Under the pieces are notes generated by a model. That model was not told where the DNA came from. It worked only from the letters and a program-made list of their open reading frames with translations, and made no database searches. A stretch of DNA of 64,000 nucleotides from Camelus dromedarius (Eukaryota), in assembly GCF_036321535.1 (NCBI RefSeq), contig NC_087472.1, forward strand, positions 94,366,001 through 94,430,000, written 5' to 3'. A program made the translations under genes and the position numbers. Positions 1 through 11,249 of the stretch are shown piece after piece. The first letter of the stretch is position 1; the number at the start of each line of letters is the position of its first letter.

Positions 1-164
1 CTCAGTTTTGAGAAATACTGCTCTGACTTTTGTTGGGTTCAGAATTCTGAAGAAATAAGCCTTACTAATATTTTTGTATAGTTCTTATAATGTTGACAAG
101 ACACCCATCCAGTACTTTATACATACGGTATGGTGTATCATGTAAGAAGGGACCATGTATCCCA

Positions 165-815
165 AGGAACAGTACTCTTGCATAGATGCTCAATTAATAT
201 TTGTTGAATAAATGGTTGAATGGTTATTTATGAATACAGTACATAACATACAGAATTTTTAGAATCTTCCAGGATGATCTTTTAAAATGCAAATATGGTC
301 ATTTTATTTCCTTTAATGCCTTACCATTTCTGTAAGGATGAACCTAAAACTCCTATTGATCTGTAGGATCTGGTCACATCCTATGCCACTGTCCACTGTC
401 ACCATTCTGAGAATCCCCCATCTACCATGCAGCTCTTTATAATACACTTATTCTCGCCTTCCATCACTTTGGTCTTTGAAACATAAAACTTCCCACCTCA
501 GGACCTTTGCACGTGTTCTTCCTAAGGAGATTGTTCTTTGCATATCTGCCCCATTACCTAGTTAATTTATTCTCACCCTTTGGATAACATGCCCCGTATC
601 CCTTTGAAGGGAATTCTCATCTGAATAAGTGAAGTCCAACTCTCATATTTTCTTATAACTCTTTGTATTTTCCTTTAATTCATACATATTAGGATGTATC
701 CATTTACTTGTTTGTTTAAAGTCTATCTCTGATTCCATATTGTAATTTTCTAAAAGTCAGAGTTGAGATATGAATTATTCCTCCAGTTGTACTGTGTATT
801 TGTTGAATGAATAAA
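165..815 (+). mobile_element. LINE L2 3' fragments
   Basis: Two L2 3'-terminal motifs (caattaatatttgttgaataaatg ~191-214; tatttgttgaatgaataaa ~797-815) plus an L2 body motif (cctcaggacctttgcacgtg). Confidence 0.65.
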
Positions 816-1200
816 GTAATTCATTCATATTGGAGTGATCTTTCAACTGTAGTGTCTCATCTTTTTTTGCTCCATTGTGCACCCATGTTACAAATTAGAC
901 AATTGAATTACTGAACTTTACCAAGAAATATTCAGCTAGGAATACTCAGAGTTCACCTAATATATTTTCTTTATATAAATTAGAAACTCCTGACCCATAA
1001 TTTTCCAAAAGAGAGACCATAGTCCTATTGGAATTATTTTCTTTGGTATCTTTTAAAGTTAATTTTTAGATTTTTCCAGATTTTTATTTTTTCCAAAGCA
1101 GATAGATTTATAACTAATTTACTGCCTGTCCCAGCCTTTTAGTAGATCAGTAAGAATTTAAGTTAATGTGTTTTTTTTTCCCCATATATTTACTCCCTCA

Positions 1201-1720
1201 ATGTTAGCTTCCCAGGACTGCTCTAACAAATTATCACAAACTTGGTGGCTTAGAACAACAGAAATGTATTTTCTCATTGTTCTGGACTCCTGAAATTTGA
1301 AATGAGGGTGTGGGCAGGCTTGGTTGCTTTTTGGAGGCTCTGAGGAAGAATCTGTTCTGTATCTCTCATCGCTTCAGGTGCTTGCTGGCTGTTCTTGGCA
1401 TTCCTTAGCTTATGACAGCGTAACTTCCAATCTCTGTCTCCATCTTCACATGGCCATCTTCCCTATGTGTGTGTCCAAATTCTCTTTTTATAAGGACACC
1501 AGGACACTAGTCATTTGATAAGGATCCACCCTAATCCAGTATAATCTCATCTTCTCTTGATTTTATATATACACACACACACACACATACATACATACAC
1601 ATACGCACACACGCACACACACACACACACAAAGACAGTATTTCCAAATAAGGAAGGTCACATTCTGAGATTCTGGGTGGACATGAACTTGGGGCAGGAG
1701 GCACTGTTCGATTCAGTATG
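1201..1720 (-). mobile_element. MaLR solo LTR (MLT1B/C-like)
   Basis: MLT1 motifs: aacaaattatcacaaacttggtggcttagaacaacagaaat, catcttcacatggcc, ttccaaataagg..gtcacattctgag. Confidence 0.85.
1565..1631. repeat. (TA)/(CA)n microsatellite inside MLT1
   Basis: Seen directly in the sequence. Confidence 0.95.
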
Positions 1721-1769
1721 ACTCTAACTCCACCAAGGGGATAAAGATTTGGTTAAAAGGCAAGCAATT

Positions 1770-2228
1770 AACATTTATTAGGTATTTACTTATTCATTTA
1801 GTCTATCTCATATAATTGACCTTAACACTGTGAAGTAAGTAGCACTATCTCTCTTTGACAAATGAAAAACTAAGGTTAAAAGAAAGTAAGTAACTTGTCT
1901 GAGGATTTATGGTCAGTTTGTAGCAGAATTGGACTTAAATCAGATTCTGATTTTTCTTTTTTCTTTCTTTTTTGTTGAAGTATAGTTGATTTACAGTGTT
2001 GTGTTAATATCTGGTGTACAGCATAGTGATTCATTTATATATATATAAATATGTATTCTTTTTCATTATAGGTCACTACAAGGTATTAAATATAGTTCCC
2101 TGTGCTGTATAGTAGGATCTTGTTGTTTATTCTATTTTATATATATGGTTAGTATCTACAAATCCCAATTTATCTTTCCCTCAGATTCTGATTTTTAACC
2201 AAAGCCTATGCTCTTTCTACTCCACCAT
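1770..2228 (-). mobile_element. MIR SINE, split by an L1 insertion
   Basis: MIR core tttgacaaatgaaaaactaaggttaaaagaaagtaagtaacttgtc; resumes after 2196 (ccaaagcctatgctcttt). Confidence 0.75.
1956..2180 (-). mobile_element. Short 5'-truncated L1 3' end
   Basis: T-rich tail followed by ttgaagtatagttgatttac; perfect 16-bp TSD tcagattctgattttt at 1940-1955 and 2181-2196. Confidence 0.9.
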
Positions 2229-2402
2229 GCTCCATACTGGTCCATATCAGGCCTCCCTACCCTACCACATTCCATCAACTAGAATAATATACTTAAATAG
2301 TATAAAATCAATATTTATTCACAATATTGTTAAAATGTTGCAAAGACAATATATTTACTCTTTATATTCTACATATACTCATTGCCTAACTCCCAGACCC
2401 AG

Positions 2403-2461
2403 GTTTGTTTTTTGTTTTTGTTTTTGTTTTTGTTTTTGTTTTTGTTTTTGTTTTTTTTTTT
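2403..2461. repeat. (TTTTTG)n simple repeat
   Basis: Seen directly; it produces the FCFCFC run in ORF 2227..2487. Confidence 0.95.
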
Positions 2462-3384
2462 ACCAATTCTGCTTCTTTATCGTTTGACAACCTACCTTCT
2501 GATGTAATGGACAGGGACATAGTGAAACATAGCATTTGCCTAGGATAAATCCTGTGCCCTCTGGACTTACGTTATGTCATTCTCCCCTTTCTTCATATAA
2601 ATATATATTTCTTTTAACTGGCCCATTTGGGTCACAGGTCATGCACAGACAAGTCATATATGTTCTCTTTTTAGAAACGAGTAAACTCATCTTAACTACT
2701 GCTATCAGAATTTACCATTATTTTCAACATCATCCTAAGCATTCTCTGATTAATGTTTTCTATCAGCAGTCAGTTTGATATCTTTTTGTTACTTATATAT
2801 GTAATAATATACAAAATAATTTTTTTAAAGTATGTACTCTTCGTGGTTTTCAGATAATTTCTATCATGAGTATAAGGAACATCTAATTCTATACATGCAA
2901 TTTTATTATACTAGAAATATAATTTTTTTTTTAGTTAGCCTTAATCTGGGAAATAAATTATTTTAATTCAAGAAAATATTGTAAATAAAATATTTTAGTA
3001 ATTTCTAGAGGGAGAAATACAAACATCATTTGAAGATAATTCTGATTAATGTGTGTATATAATATAACTTTTCTGTTTTTAAATTATCTGATACTGTTTT
3101 ACGAATAAGTCACCATTATTTCTAAAGGAGGTTAAAGAATATCAATTAGTACTTTTAAACTAATTAATTAATTAGTCTAGGCTATTCTGTAGTAAAAACA
3201 AGCTCCAAAATTTGACAACTTGGAAAACAAAAATTTATTTCTCACTCATGTACCATGTGCTTGGTGGATTGGCGGGGAACTCTGCACCACACAGTGTTAA
3301 CTCAGGACCAGTTCTGATGCTACAGGCATTATCTCAAACATTAGGATTGCTTTGGCAAAGTTAAAGGTGAATCTCCTACTTTAA

Positions 3385-3730
3385 AAACATTTTTAATATT
3401 TAAAAAAATTTCCAGCTTTATCTTTAGTAAGATATAATTGACATATACCATTGTATAAGTTTAAAATGTACAATGTGTTCATTTGATACACATGTATATA
3501 TGTATTGCAAAATGACTACCACCATAGCCTTAGCTAATACATCCATGATGTCACATAATTACAATTTCTTTTTTGTGGTGAGAACATTTAAAATTTACTT
3601 TGTTAATAACTTTCAAGTATATAATACATTATTGTTAACTATAATGACAATTCTATGCATTAGTGTCCCAGAATTTATTCATCTTCTAACTGGAAGGTTG
3701 TACCTTTTGACCAACATCTCCTACTCCTTT
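3385..3730 (-). mobile_element. L1MA-like 3' end inserted in the MaLR LTR
   Basis: gatataattgacata...ttttgtggtgagaacatttaaaat...taccttttgaccaacatctc. Confidence 0.85.
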
Positions 3731-4086
3731 TAAAGTTTCTAAAATATCTGCTTGAGAGTGGTACACATCATTTCCACTCCCGTTTTATTAGCTAAAACAA
3801 TTCACATGGTTTCATCTTCAAGGGGGTAGATAAATGCAATCTTGACAAATATCTGGAGAGAGAACAAGAAATATTAGTGAAAAGCATTAATGACCATCAG
3901 TCTGTCCTTATGGTCATCAAAGACTTGATTTATTATTCTTTTTGCATAAAAAATACACACATCTCTCTGACATTTTTTCAAGGTATATAAAGTCTAAAAA
4001 TCACATCTTATATATTTGGTGGAAATTTCAGAATTTCTGAGCAATGTGTGAGAATCTTTACATCAGATCTATACATGGCCAATCTT

Positions 4087-4854
4087 ATCATTCAAAAGTC
4101 CACAAATGACAAATGCTGGAGAGGCTGTGGAGAAAAGGGAACCCTCCTTCACTGCTGGTAGGAATGCAGTTTGGTGCAGCCACTGTGGAAAACAGTATGG
4201 AGATTCCTCAAAAGACTAGGAATAGACTTACAGTATGACCCAGTAATCCCATTCCTGGGCTTATATCCAGAAGGAACCCTACTTCAGGATGACACCTGCA
4301 CCCCAATGTTCATAGCAGCACTATTTACAATAGCCGAGACATGAAAACAGCCTAAATGTCCATCAACAGATGACTGAATAAAGATGATGTGGTATATTCA
4401 TACAATGGAATACTATTCAGCCATAAAAGCTGACAACATAACGCCATTTGCAGCAACATGGATGCTCCTGGAGAATGTCATTCTAAGTGAAGTAAGCCAG
4501 AAAGAGAAAGAAAAATACCATATGAGATCGCTCATATGTGGAATCTAAAAAAAAAAAAAACCATAAATACAAAACAGAAACAGACTCATAGACGTAGAAT
4601 ACAAACTTGTGGTTGTCAAGGGGGCAGAGGGTGGGAAGGGATAGACTGGGATTTCAAAATGTAGAATAGATAAACAAGATTATACTGTATAGCACAGGAA
4701 AATATACACAAGATCTTATGGCAGCTCACAGAGGAAAAAAATGTGACAATGAATATATGTATGCTCATGTATAACTGAAAAATTGTGCTCTACGCTGGAA
4801 TTTGACACAATATTGTAAAATGACTATAACTCAGTAAAAAAAGTTTACAGAAAA
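4087..4854 (+). mobile_element. Relatively young L1: ORF2 C-terminus plus 3' UTR
   Basis: aaatgctggagaggctgtggagaaaagggaaccctc, gttcatagcagcactatttacaatagcc, caatggaatactattcagcc. Imperfect 20-bp TSD atctatacatgg(c/t)ca(a/g)tctt at 4067-4086 and 4855-4874. Confidence 0.92.
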
Positions 4855-4938
4855 ATCTATACATGGTCAGTCTTGATCCAGACACTTATGACCTATGAAC
4901 TAATAAAACAAGTGAATAAATGATATGTCACTCAGCAC

Positions 4939-4942
<4 letters not shown>

Positions 4943-4985
<43 letters not shown>
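4943..4985. repeat. (CA)n microsatellite
   Basis: Seen directly in the sequence. Confidence 0.97.
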
Positions 4986-4988
<3 letters not shown>

Positions 4989-6589
4989 ACAATATAAGGA
5001 TGAAAGCTATAGGGAATGTAAATAGGTACCCTGTTCTTTGACTAGACCCTGATTGTGCTTCAGGGAAGGTATGTCCAATTCATTGCTTTCCATGGTCTCT
5101 AGCTATAAACTTTGAAGATCTTTCCTTTTCTGTTATCCTCCTTGGACACATTTGAAATAAGCATTGGAGAATCTCTCTTTTTGAGGGTCTTGGCGGTTTT
5201 CTCAATTTGCTGCCCCTGGAAAGGTTGAGACTCCAAGGATCACTTTGAATCTTAAACAGTCATAAAGTTTTCTGTCTCTTTCACAGCAACATTCTGTTAA
5301 GAAACTCAGTAGGCTTATCATGTATCTAATTCTAGTCAGTTCCATGCTCTAAAAGCCATATACACAGTCTGTTTCTGTACTTGCGTATTCGATTTGCTGT
5401 ATTTCTTGACTTTCTCATGCCCATGTCTCCCTCTTTCAACTTAATTGCTTATTTCTTGAGCTTATCAACTTCCAGCAAGTGAGCTATAACTTTTTTCTCT
5501 TTTTTTTTTTTTTTGAGCCATTTTGTCCAACTGAATGGATTTACTGGGTGTCAAAACCTTAACTGGGGCTTCTCTCTGAAAGATCTTAATTTGTTCAGAG
5601 ATTTTAATAGTGTATATGGATGGAAGACCCTTATTTGATTTCTGTCACAAGGCTTGGTTTTAATTGGCCTTTGTCTTTCAAAGCCCGTCTCAGATGTATA
5701 TTTCACCAATTAGTGTTAAAAAACAGTTGCCTTTTCTAATCCTACAAGTCCCCAACTTTCTGGATTCTCAGTCTTTCATTTCTGCTTGCAAACTAGCCAG
5801 TCCTCTTCAGAGCCAGTCTCTTTGTTGTAGTACTTTATCAAAAGTAGTGACAACCAACCAACACACACTTGCATTCTTCTTTGATCTTTATTTCTTGATT
5901 TACAAACTCAACAAGTTATATGATTTGTTTTCCAGATTATCTCTGTCAACAATCTTATCAAATGGTTAGATGCCATATAACTATAATTCTTACAGCCTCT
6001 GGTCACCATTTTCTCACCATCCACTTCCCAGTCTTTAAGGTTTTGTTATGGCAGTGCCACATTTCTAGGTCACACAGTGCTGTAGTAATAAAGACAGATG
6101 ATAGTATGCAGATTATACTACAGTTAAAAATTATTAATGACTTACATCATCAAGACATAGTTCTTGCTCCTGCTACATGGGATAGTAGAGGCTGTCCTCA
6201 TTCTTGGGCTGAGGCAATGGTACAGGGACGGAGAGAGGATGGTGACTCATCCTGAAAAAGACACATCATATTCTACTCATACTTGTTCAGCTAAAGCAAC
6301 TCACACATTCAGGTACAAACTCAGTACTGGGGAGAGACAAACTCCCCACGTGCCGGGAATGAGAAACAAAAAAATACTTTGTAAATTGCACCAGTGAATG
6401 TCCTTCCAAAAAATAAATGAGTCAGTGTTGGCTGTCAAAAATAGTGGAAAGAAATTTGACGTGAATCTGTAATTTTAATAATGCTCCAAAATAATTTAAT
6501 ATATATTTCCTACCATATATAGTCTATCATATATACATGTGTATTACATGTATTTTCCTAGATAGTTTTGTTATTTACAGTAATAAAAA

Positions 6590-6790
6590 TAGTGGTTATG
6601 TAAAGTAGTCTTGGCACTTCATACACATTAGTTCATTTTATTCTTACAGTCACCCTGTGAGGTAGGTGTTTTATTCCTATTTCAGAGATGTGAAAACATT
6701 AGTATTAAATAATCATGTCCAAGAAGTGCACTCATCACTTGGTAATAGGTAAAAATGGGCAAGACTCACATTTCTAGTCACTTTCTGGAT
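6590..6790 (-). mobile_element. MIR
   Basis: tcattttattcttacagtcaccctgtgaggtaggt...tttcagagatgtgaaaac. Confidence 0.7.
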
Positions 6791-8440
6791 AGCTCATCTG
6801 ATTGTTCTACAGAGATTAACACATTCTAAAACAACAACAACAACATCGAAAGTAGTAATAAGACACCTACTGCCTTTAACCAAGTTTTTTTTATTTTCTT
6901 TATTATGGATAATGTATCAACACCATTGAGGTTAGGTAATTGTCCTTTTTACTCTTTCCTATCCACTTCTCAACACACCAAAGTTCTACTAAGTTTCTTT
7001 CTTTAATTATTCTTCAGTATTCTCAAAGCAGCTCTATTTCAGGATGTCAAATGAGTTCTATTTGTTGTCAAAGAGTAGAACAATGCCTAATAAATGCAAG
7101 AAATATAGATATTTAATATGTTAAAAAAACATATAGAAGATATTCTACCACTAATGTGTCTATATTTAATAAATGTTCTCTGGACTCATGTTATGGAAAA
7201 CTTTCAAACATAGAATGGGTCAAAAAGGTAGATAAACTACAAAGTGCTTTTAAAATCTAGTATTCTAGGAGTCTAATGTACCTGCAGACCTACTTTCTTC
7301 TTCTTTTCATATTTCTAAATCTTCTTTTATGGAAATCAGTACATCTGTACACCAATTGGAGTTCTGCCTCCAAGTTTCCTAACTTAAAATTTACCTCTGG
7401 AGTCATTCTCCTATCCGTCAAACTCTGCCACCCTCTTGATTGACTTCACAGTACCCTCTACTAGCATCTTCCTTCCTAGTTGCTATTTTGCCCACTATTT
7501 TTCATTCCTTATTTCTCCTTCTACCAATCTAAGTTGCAGTAGCTGAGATATGTAACTACAATCCTACTGGCTCCTTAGCTGTAAACCATAGTGTCATCTT
7601 AATATGTGCTGAAAAAATCCTTTGATAAATTCTAGTACCTAGTTATGATAAAAATATTCAGCAAACTAGAAAGTTCTTTTAGGGAGCTTCCTGAACCTGA
7701 TAAAGGGCATCTATGAAAAATTCTATAGCTAAAGTCATATTATTAGTGAAATACTAAATTTTACCCCTAAAATCAGGAACAAAACAAAAATGTTCACTCC
7801 TGCCACTTCAATAATTTAGTGGGGGAACCTCGCCACTGAGAAGGCAAAGAAAAGCAACAAAAGTCACAGAGATTTAGAAATGAAGACATAAAACTTTTAA
7901 ATGTAAAGAATACAATTGTGCACTTGTAAAATCTTTTTGGAGATTGCTTAGGATTTTCTAACTGTTAAGTAGGTTAAGCAAGGTTGCAGGATACAAGATC
8001 ACATGAAAAATTCAGTTGCATTTTTATAAACCAACAATTAAAAATTGAAAATCACATCCCAAAACATGACATGCTTAGGTAAAGTATAAAAATGTAGGTG
8101 TACAATTTCTACATTAAAAACTACAAAGCATTGCTTAGAGAAAAAATATTTTAAAAAACTAAATAATTGGAGAGTGTACCATGTTCATACATTTGAAGAT
8201 TAGATCTTATTAACATGTTGATTCTATGCAAATTCATATATAGAGTCAATGCAATTCCAGTAAAAGCCACAGCAGGCAAGCTTTTTGTAGAAATTGACAA
8301 GCTAATTGCAGAATTTATATAGAAATGCAAAGAAACTCACATAGCCAAAATCATTTGAAAAACAGTAAAGCTAGAAGACATATACTAACTGTGAATCAAC
8401 TATGATGTGAAAACTAATTGTTAATGAATAGTAATCAGTC

Positions 8441-8566
8441 AGGGAGAGTATGGCTCAGTGGTAGAGCCTGTGCTTAGCATGCATGAGATCCTGGGGTCAA
8501 TCCCCAGTACCTCCATTAAAACAAACAAACAAACCTAGTTACCTCCCCCCCCCAAAAAAAAAAAAA
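8441..8566 (+). mobile_element. tRNA-Ala-derived SINE (Vic-1-like)
   Basis: gagtatggctcagtggtagagcctgtgcttagcatgcatgag..caatccccagtacctcca with A/B boxes, then an A-rich / C-run / poly-A tail. Confidence 0.9.
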
Positions 8567-8568
8567 TT

Positions 8569-8693
8569 GGGAGGTGAGAGTATAGCTCAGTGGTAGAGCA
8601 TGTGCTTAGCATGCACAAGGTCCTGGGTTCAATCCCCAGTACCTTCACTAAAAAAGAATGAAAGAAAGAAATTCAACCTTCCCCCCTCCCCCC
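8569..8693 (+). mobile_element. tRNA-Ala-derived SINE (Vic-1-like), tandem second copy
   Basis: gtatagctcagtggtagagcatgtgcttagcatgcacaaggtcctgggttcaatccccagtacc. Confidence 0.9.
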
Positions 8694-9039
8694 AGTAATC
8701 AAAACAGCATGATATTGTCATAAGAATTGACATATAAGTCAATGGAATACAGTATAGTCAATTGATTTTCATCTAATGTGCCATGGTGTTTTAATGTAAA
8801 GAGGACACACTTTTCAATAAATGATGCTGGAACAACTGAATAACCATATAGAAATAAATAAACTTTGACCCTTACCTTATATTGTACAGAAATAACTTGA
8901 AATGGATCACACACAAACCATAAAACATCTGGACAGAAAACTATAAAACTTCTGGAAGGAATCATAGGAGAACATCTTTGCAGCGTTGAGCTAGGCAGAA
9001 ATTTCTTAAAATAGAACACACAAAAATTCGTCATAAAAA

Positions 9040-9557
9040 TCATTTTTCTTGTGATAAAATGCACATAATATACAATTTAGAATTCATATCATTTTAATGT
9101 ATAGTTCAGTGGCATTAAGAACATTCACCATCAAACATCTCTAGAAATTTTTCATTATCGCAAACCAACTTTGTACTGATTAAACAATAACTCTTCTTTC
9201 CCTTTGCCCCCTCGCCTCTGATAACCACTCTTCTTCTCTCTTTTTCTATAAATTTAACTATCCTAGGTACCTCATATAATTTGAAACATACAATGTTGAT
9301 CCTTTTGTGTCTGGCTTATTTCACTTAGCATAATGTTCTCACTATCCATGTTGTAGTATTAATCAGAATTTCATTCCTTTTGAAAGCTGAATATTCCATT
9401 GTATGTATATACCACATTTAGTTCTCAATTCATTGTCAATGGAGATTTGGGTTGTTTCCACCTTTGACTGTTGGTGAATAATGCTGCTCTGTCAGTGCAT
9501 AAATACCTGCTTGAGTCCCTACTTTTGATTATGTGGGGTATAAACCTAGAAGTGGAG
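9040..9557 (-). mobile_element. L1MB-like 3' UTR
   Basis: agttcagtggcattaagaacattcac, ctggcttatttcacttagcataatg, atattccattgtatgtatataccaca. Confidence 0.85.
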
Positions 9558-10582
9558 GAGATTATTTCTGTTGGCCTGGAGGATGTAGGGGGATTGGTGA
9601 GTATGGTATTCTCAGGATTATCCTCCCATATGTTCCCTTTCCAAATTTCAGGGCTCCTTTCTTTTCCCATCAGAGTCTTAACTTTGTCATAGGGCGCTAT
9701 TGACACCACATATCCCAACTCTTTTAGACTTCTGCTACATTTACAATCAAATCCTAGGCCTGATGTTTTAAAATATTAATATATGCTCTTGACATTTTCA
9801 AATATTTATAGACATAGATATAATGGTAAAATGAAGACACATGCACCCATCACCTAGCTTCAGCAATTATCAATGCATCGCAAATCGTGTTGTAAGTATA
9901 CCTCCACTTATTCCTACCACCTGATCATTTTGGAGCACATTTCTGACATCAGATTTTATTTGTAAATATTTCAATATATAGATTTCAAAAAGATGAGACA
10001 CTTTTTATTATTAAAAAAGTACTTTTGTAACACCAAAAGGCAATAATAATTCCTTAAAACAATCAAATATCCAATCATTTTTTACCATATTTTCCATGAC
10101 ATCTTATAAGTGTGTGTCTGTGTCTGGGTGTGTGTGAAATAGTTTGTTTATAACAAGATCTGGGTCTGTCTGCCTTGCAGCTGTTGGGAATGAGAGGCCC
10201 TCTGGCTTTTACAGCACACCATCCATTGTCAGTTGGCTTCTCTGAAACTTTCATTTCATTTTTGCTAAGATTTCAGTGCTATTAACAGAAGCCAGCCTAC
10301 TCTACAATCATTCTAAATTAGCTTTGGCCTCATACAGTTAAATTGCCATAGCAACCACATATTCCAAAATCTCACGTCAACCTACATTTCATCCCAATTA
10401 ACCAGAGGTTTGATAAAAGCCTTTTTAATTGTAATGCCATTGCACGGCATGGGTTAGGACCACTTCACCTATCACCAGAAATGCCGTCCCTCTTGGCATT
10501 GATCTGGGGAGTAAGCCAAGTCCAAAAATCCATCCAAAAGTGATGGGATATGTCTGTTTTCAGGGCCGCTCCTGATACAAAC
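9558..10582 (-). mobile_element. ERVL-class internal remnant (PBS plus gag), interrupted by L1
   Basis: Minus-strand translation KVKTLMGKERSPEIWKGNIWED resembles ERVL gag KVRALIGKEWDPxTWxGDxWED. A tRNA-Leu-like PBS (minus strand ttgtatcaggagcgg) sits at ~10566-10580. Confidence 0.75.
9800..10140 (-). mobile_element. Old L1 (L1MD/ME-like) 3' fragment within ERVL
   Basis: cacccatcacctagcttcagcaattatcaa; ataataattccttaa...aatatccaatca. Confidence 0.6.
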
Positions 10583-11190
10583 CAGCAGGCTGGGTTCTCT
10601 AAAAAGCAAACCCTGAGGGAAATCTTATACTCTGGTAGCTTATTAGGTAGTGAAATTCCAGGGAAGCAAGAGTGAAGAAAGTGAAGACTGAGTCAGGGGA
10701 AGGAGACAGTATGAGGATGGATTACCAAACTGGCCTCCACTTGGCATCAGATATAAGTTATTATTCAACCTCTGTGGACTTTTTTATGAGAAGTTTTATG
10801 AACGAATGAATCTCGGGAAAGTTGACTGGAGGGAAGAGCAGTAAGAGTTGTATTCACTGGCTTCTGATCCCATTAGTTAAAACTTCTCCATGGGTTTCAC
10901 CTCCCCCACACTTTGGGGTTGCACTTTGGTCTCCCACGTCGGTGAACACGGAAGTTCCAGATGGGAGGCTAGAGGCATACCATAAAAAAAAAAAAAAAAA
11001 AAAAAAAAACAACCCTAAAAAAATGAATAAATGAAGTGAGATCTTGCAGACAGATAGTCACACAAAATTTGGAACTTCAGCAGTGGCTGGTGTGTGTAGT
11101 GGAAGGGATGTGGAAAGCCATAGACAAGGGCTGTAGAGATGACGGGTATCGAGAGACTGAGGTGGCACCTAAGGTGAATCTAATCCTGAA
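10583..11190 (-). mobile_element. ERVL LTR (LTR41/LTR16-like)
   Basis: ggctgggttctctaaaaagcaaaccctgag...ttattaggtagtg, typical of reverse-strand ERVL LTRs; abuts the PBS; contains a poly-A run at ~10985-11009. Confidence 0.65.
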
Positions 11191-11249
11191 CACTGTCGTC
11201 AGTTATCCTGATATCACGCAGTCCTCCATTTCCCACGTAGACTGCATCT

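Larger units (their letters stand above)
3170..6405 (-). mobile_element. Old MaLR (MLT1K/L-like) provirus remnant: LTR - internal region - LTR
   Basis: Two similar LTR-like segments (~3170-3900 and ~6066-6405) share ctagg..ctgtagtaa and cacatcat..agctaaa..ca..tcaca motifs. A PBS-adjacent motif (gttatggcagtgccac) lies just inside the right LTR. Confidence 0.65.
7585..9040 (+). mobile_element. Decayed L1M ORF2 (RT region onward)
   Basis: tgctgaaaaaatcctttgataaattc, aatcaggaacaaaacaa, gcaaggttgcaggatacaagatc, ttttcaataaatgatgctggaacaactg; many frameshifts. Confidence 0.88.

Noticed and set aside
8441..8693. tRNA-Ala genes
   Set aside because: The 5' ends are altered, stems are mismatched, and there are A-rich tails, TSDs and multiple dispersed copies. 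These are SINEs.
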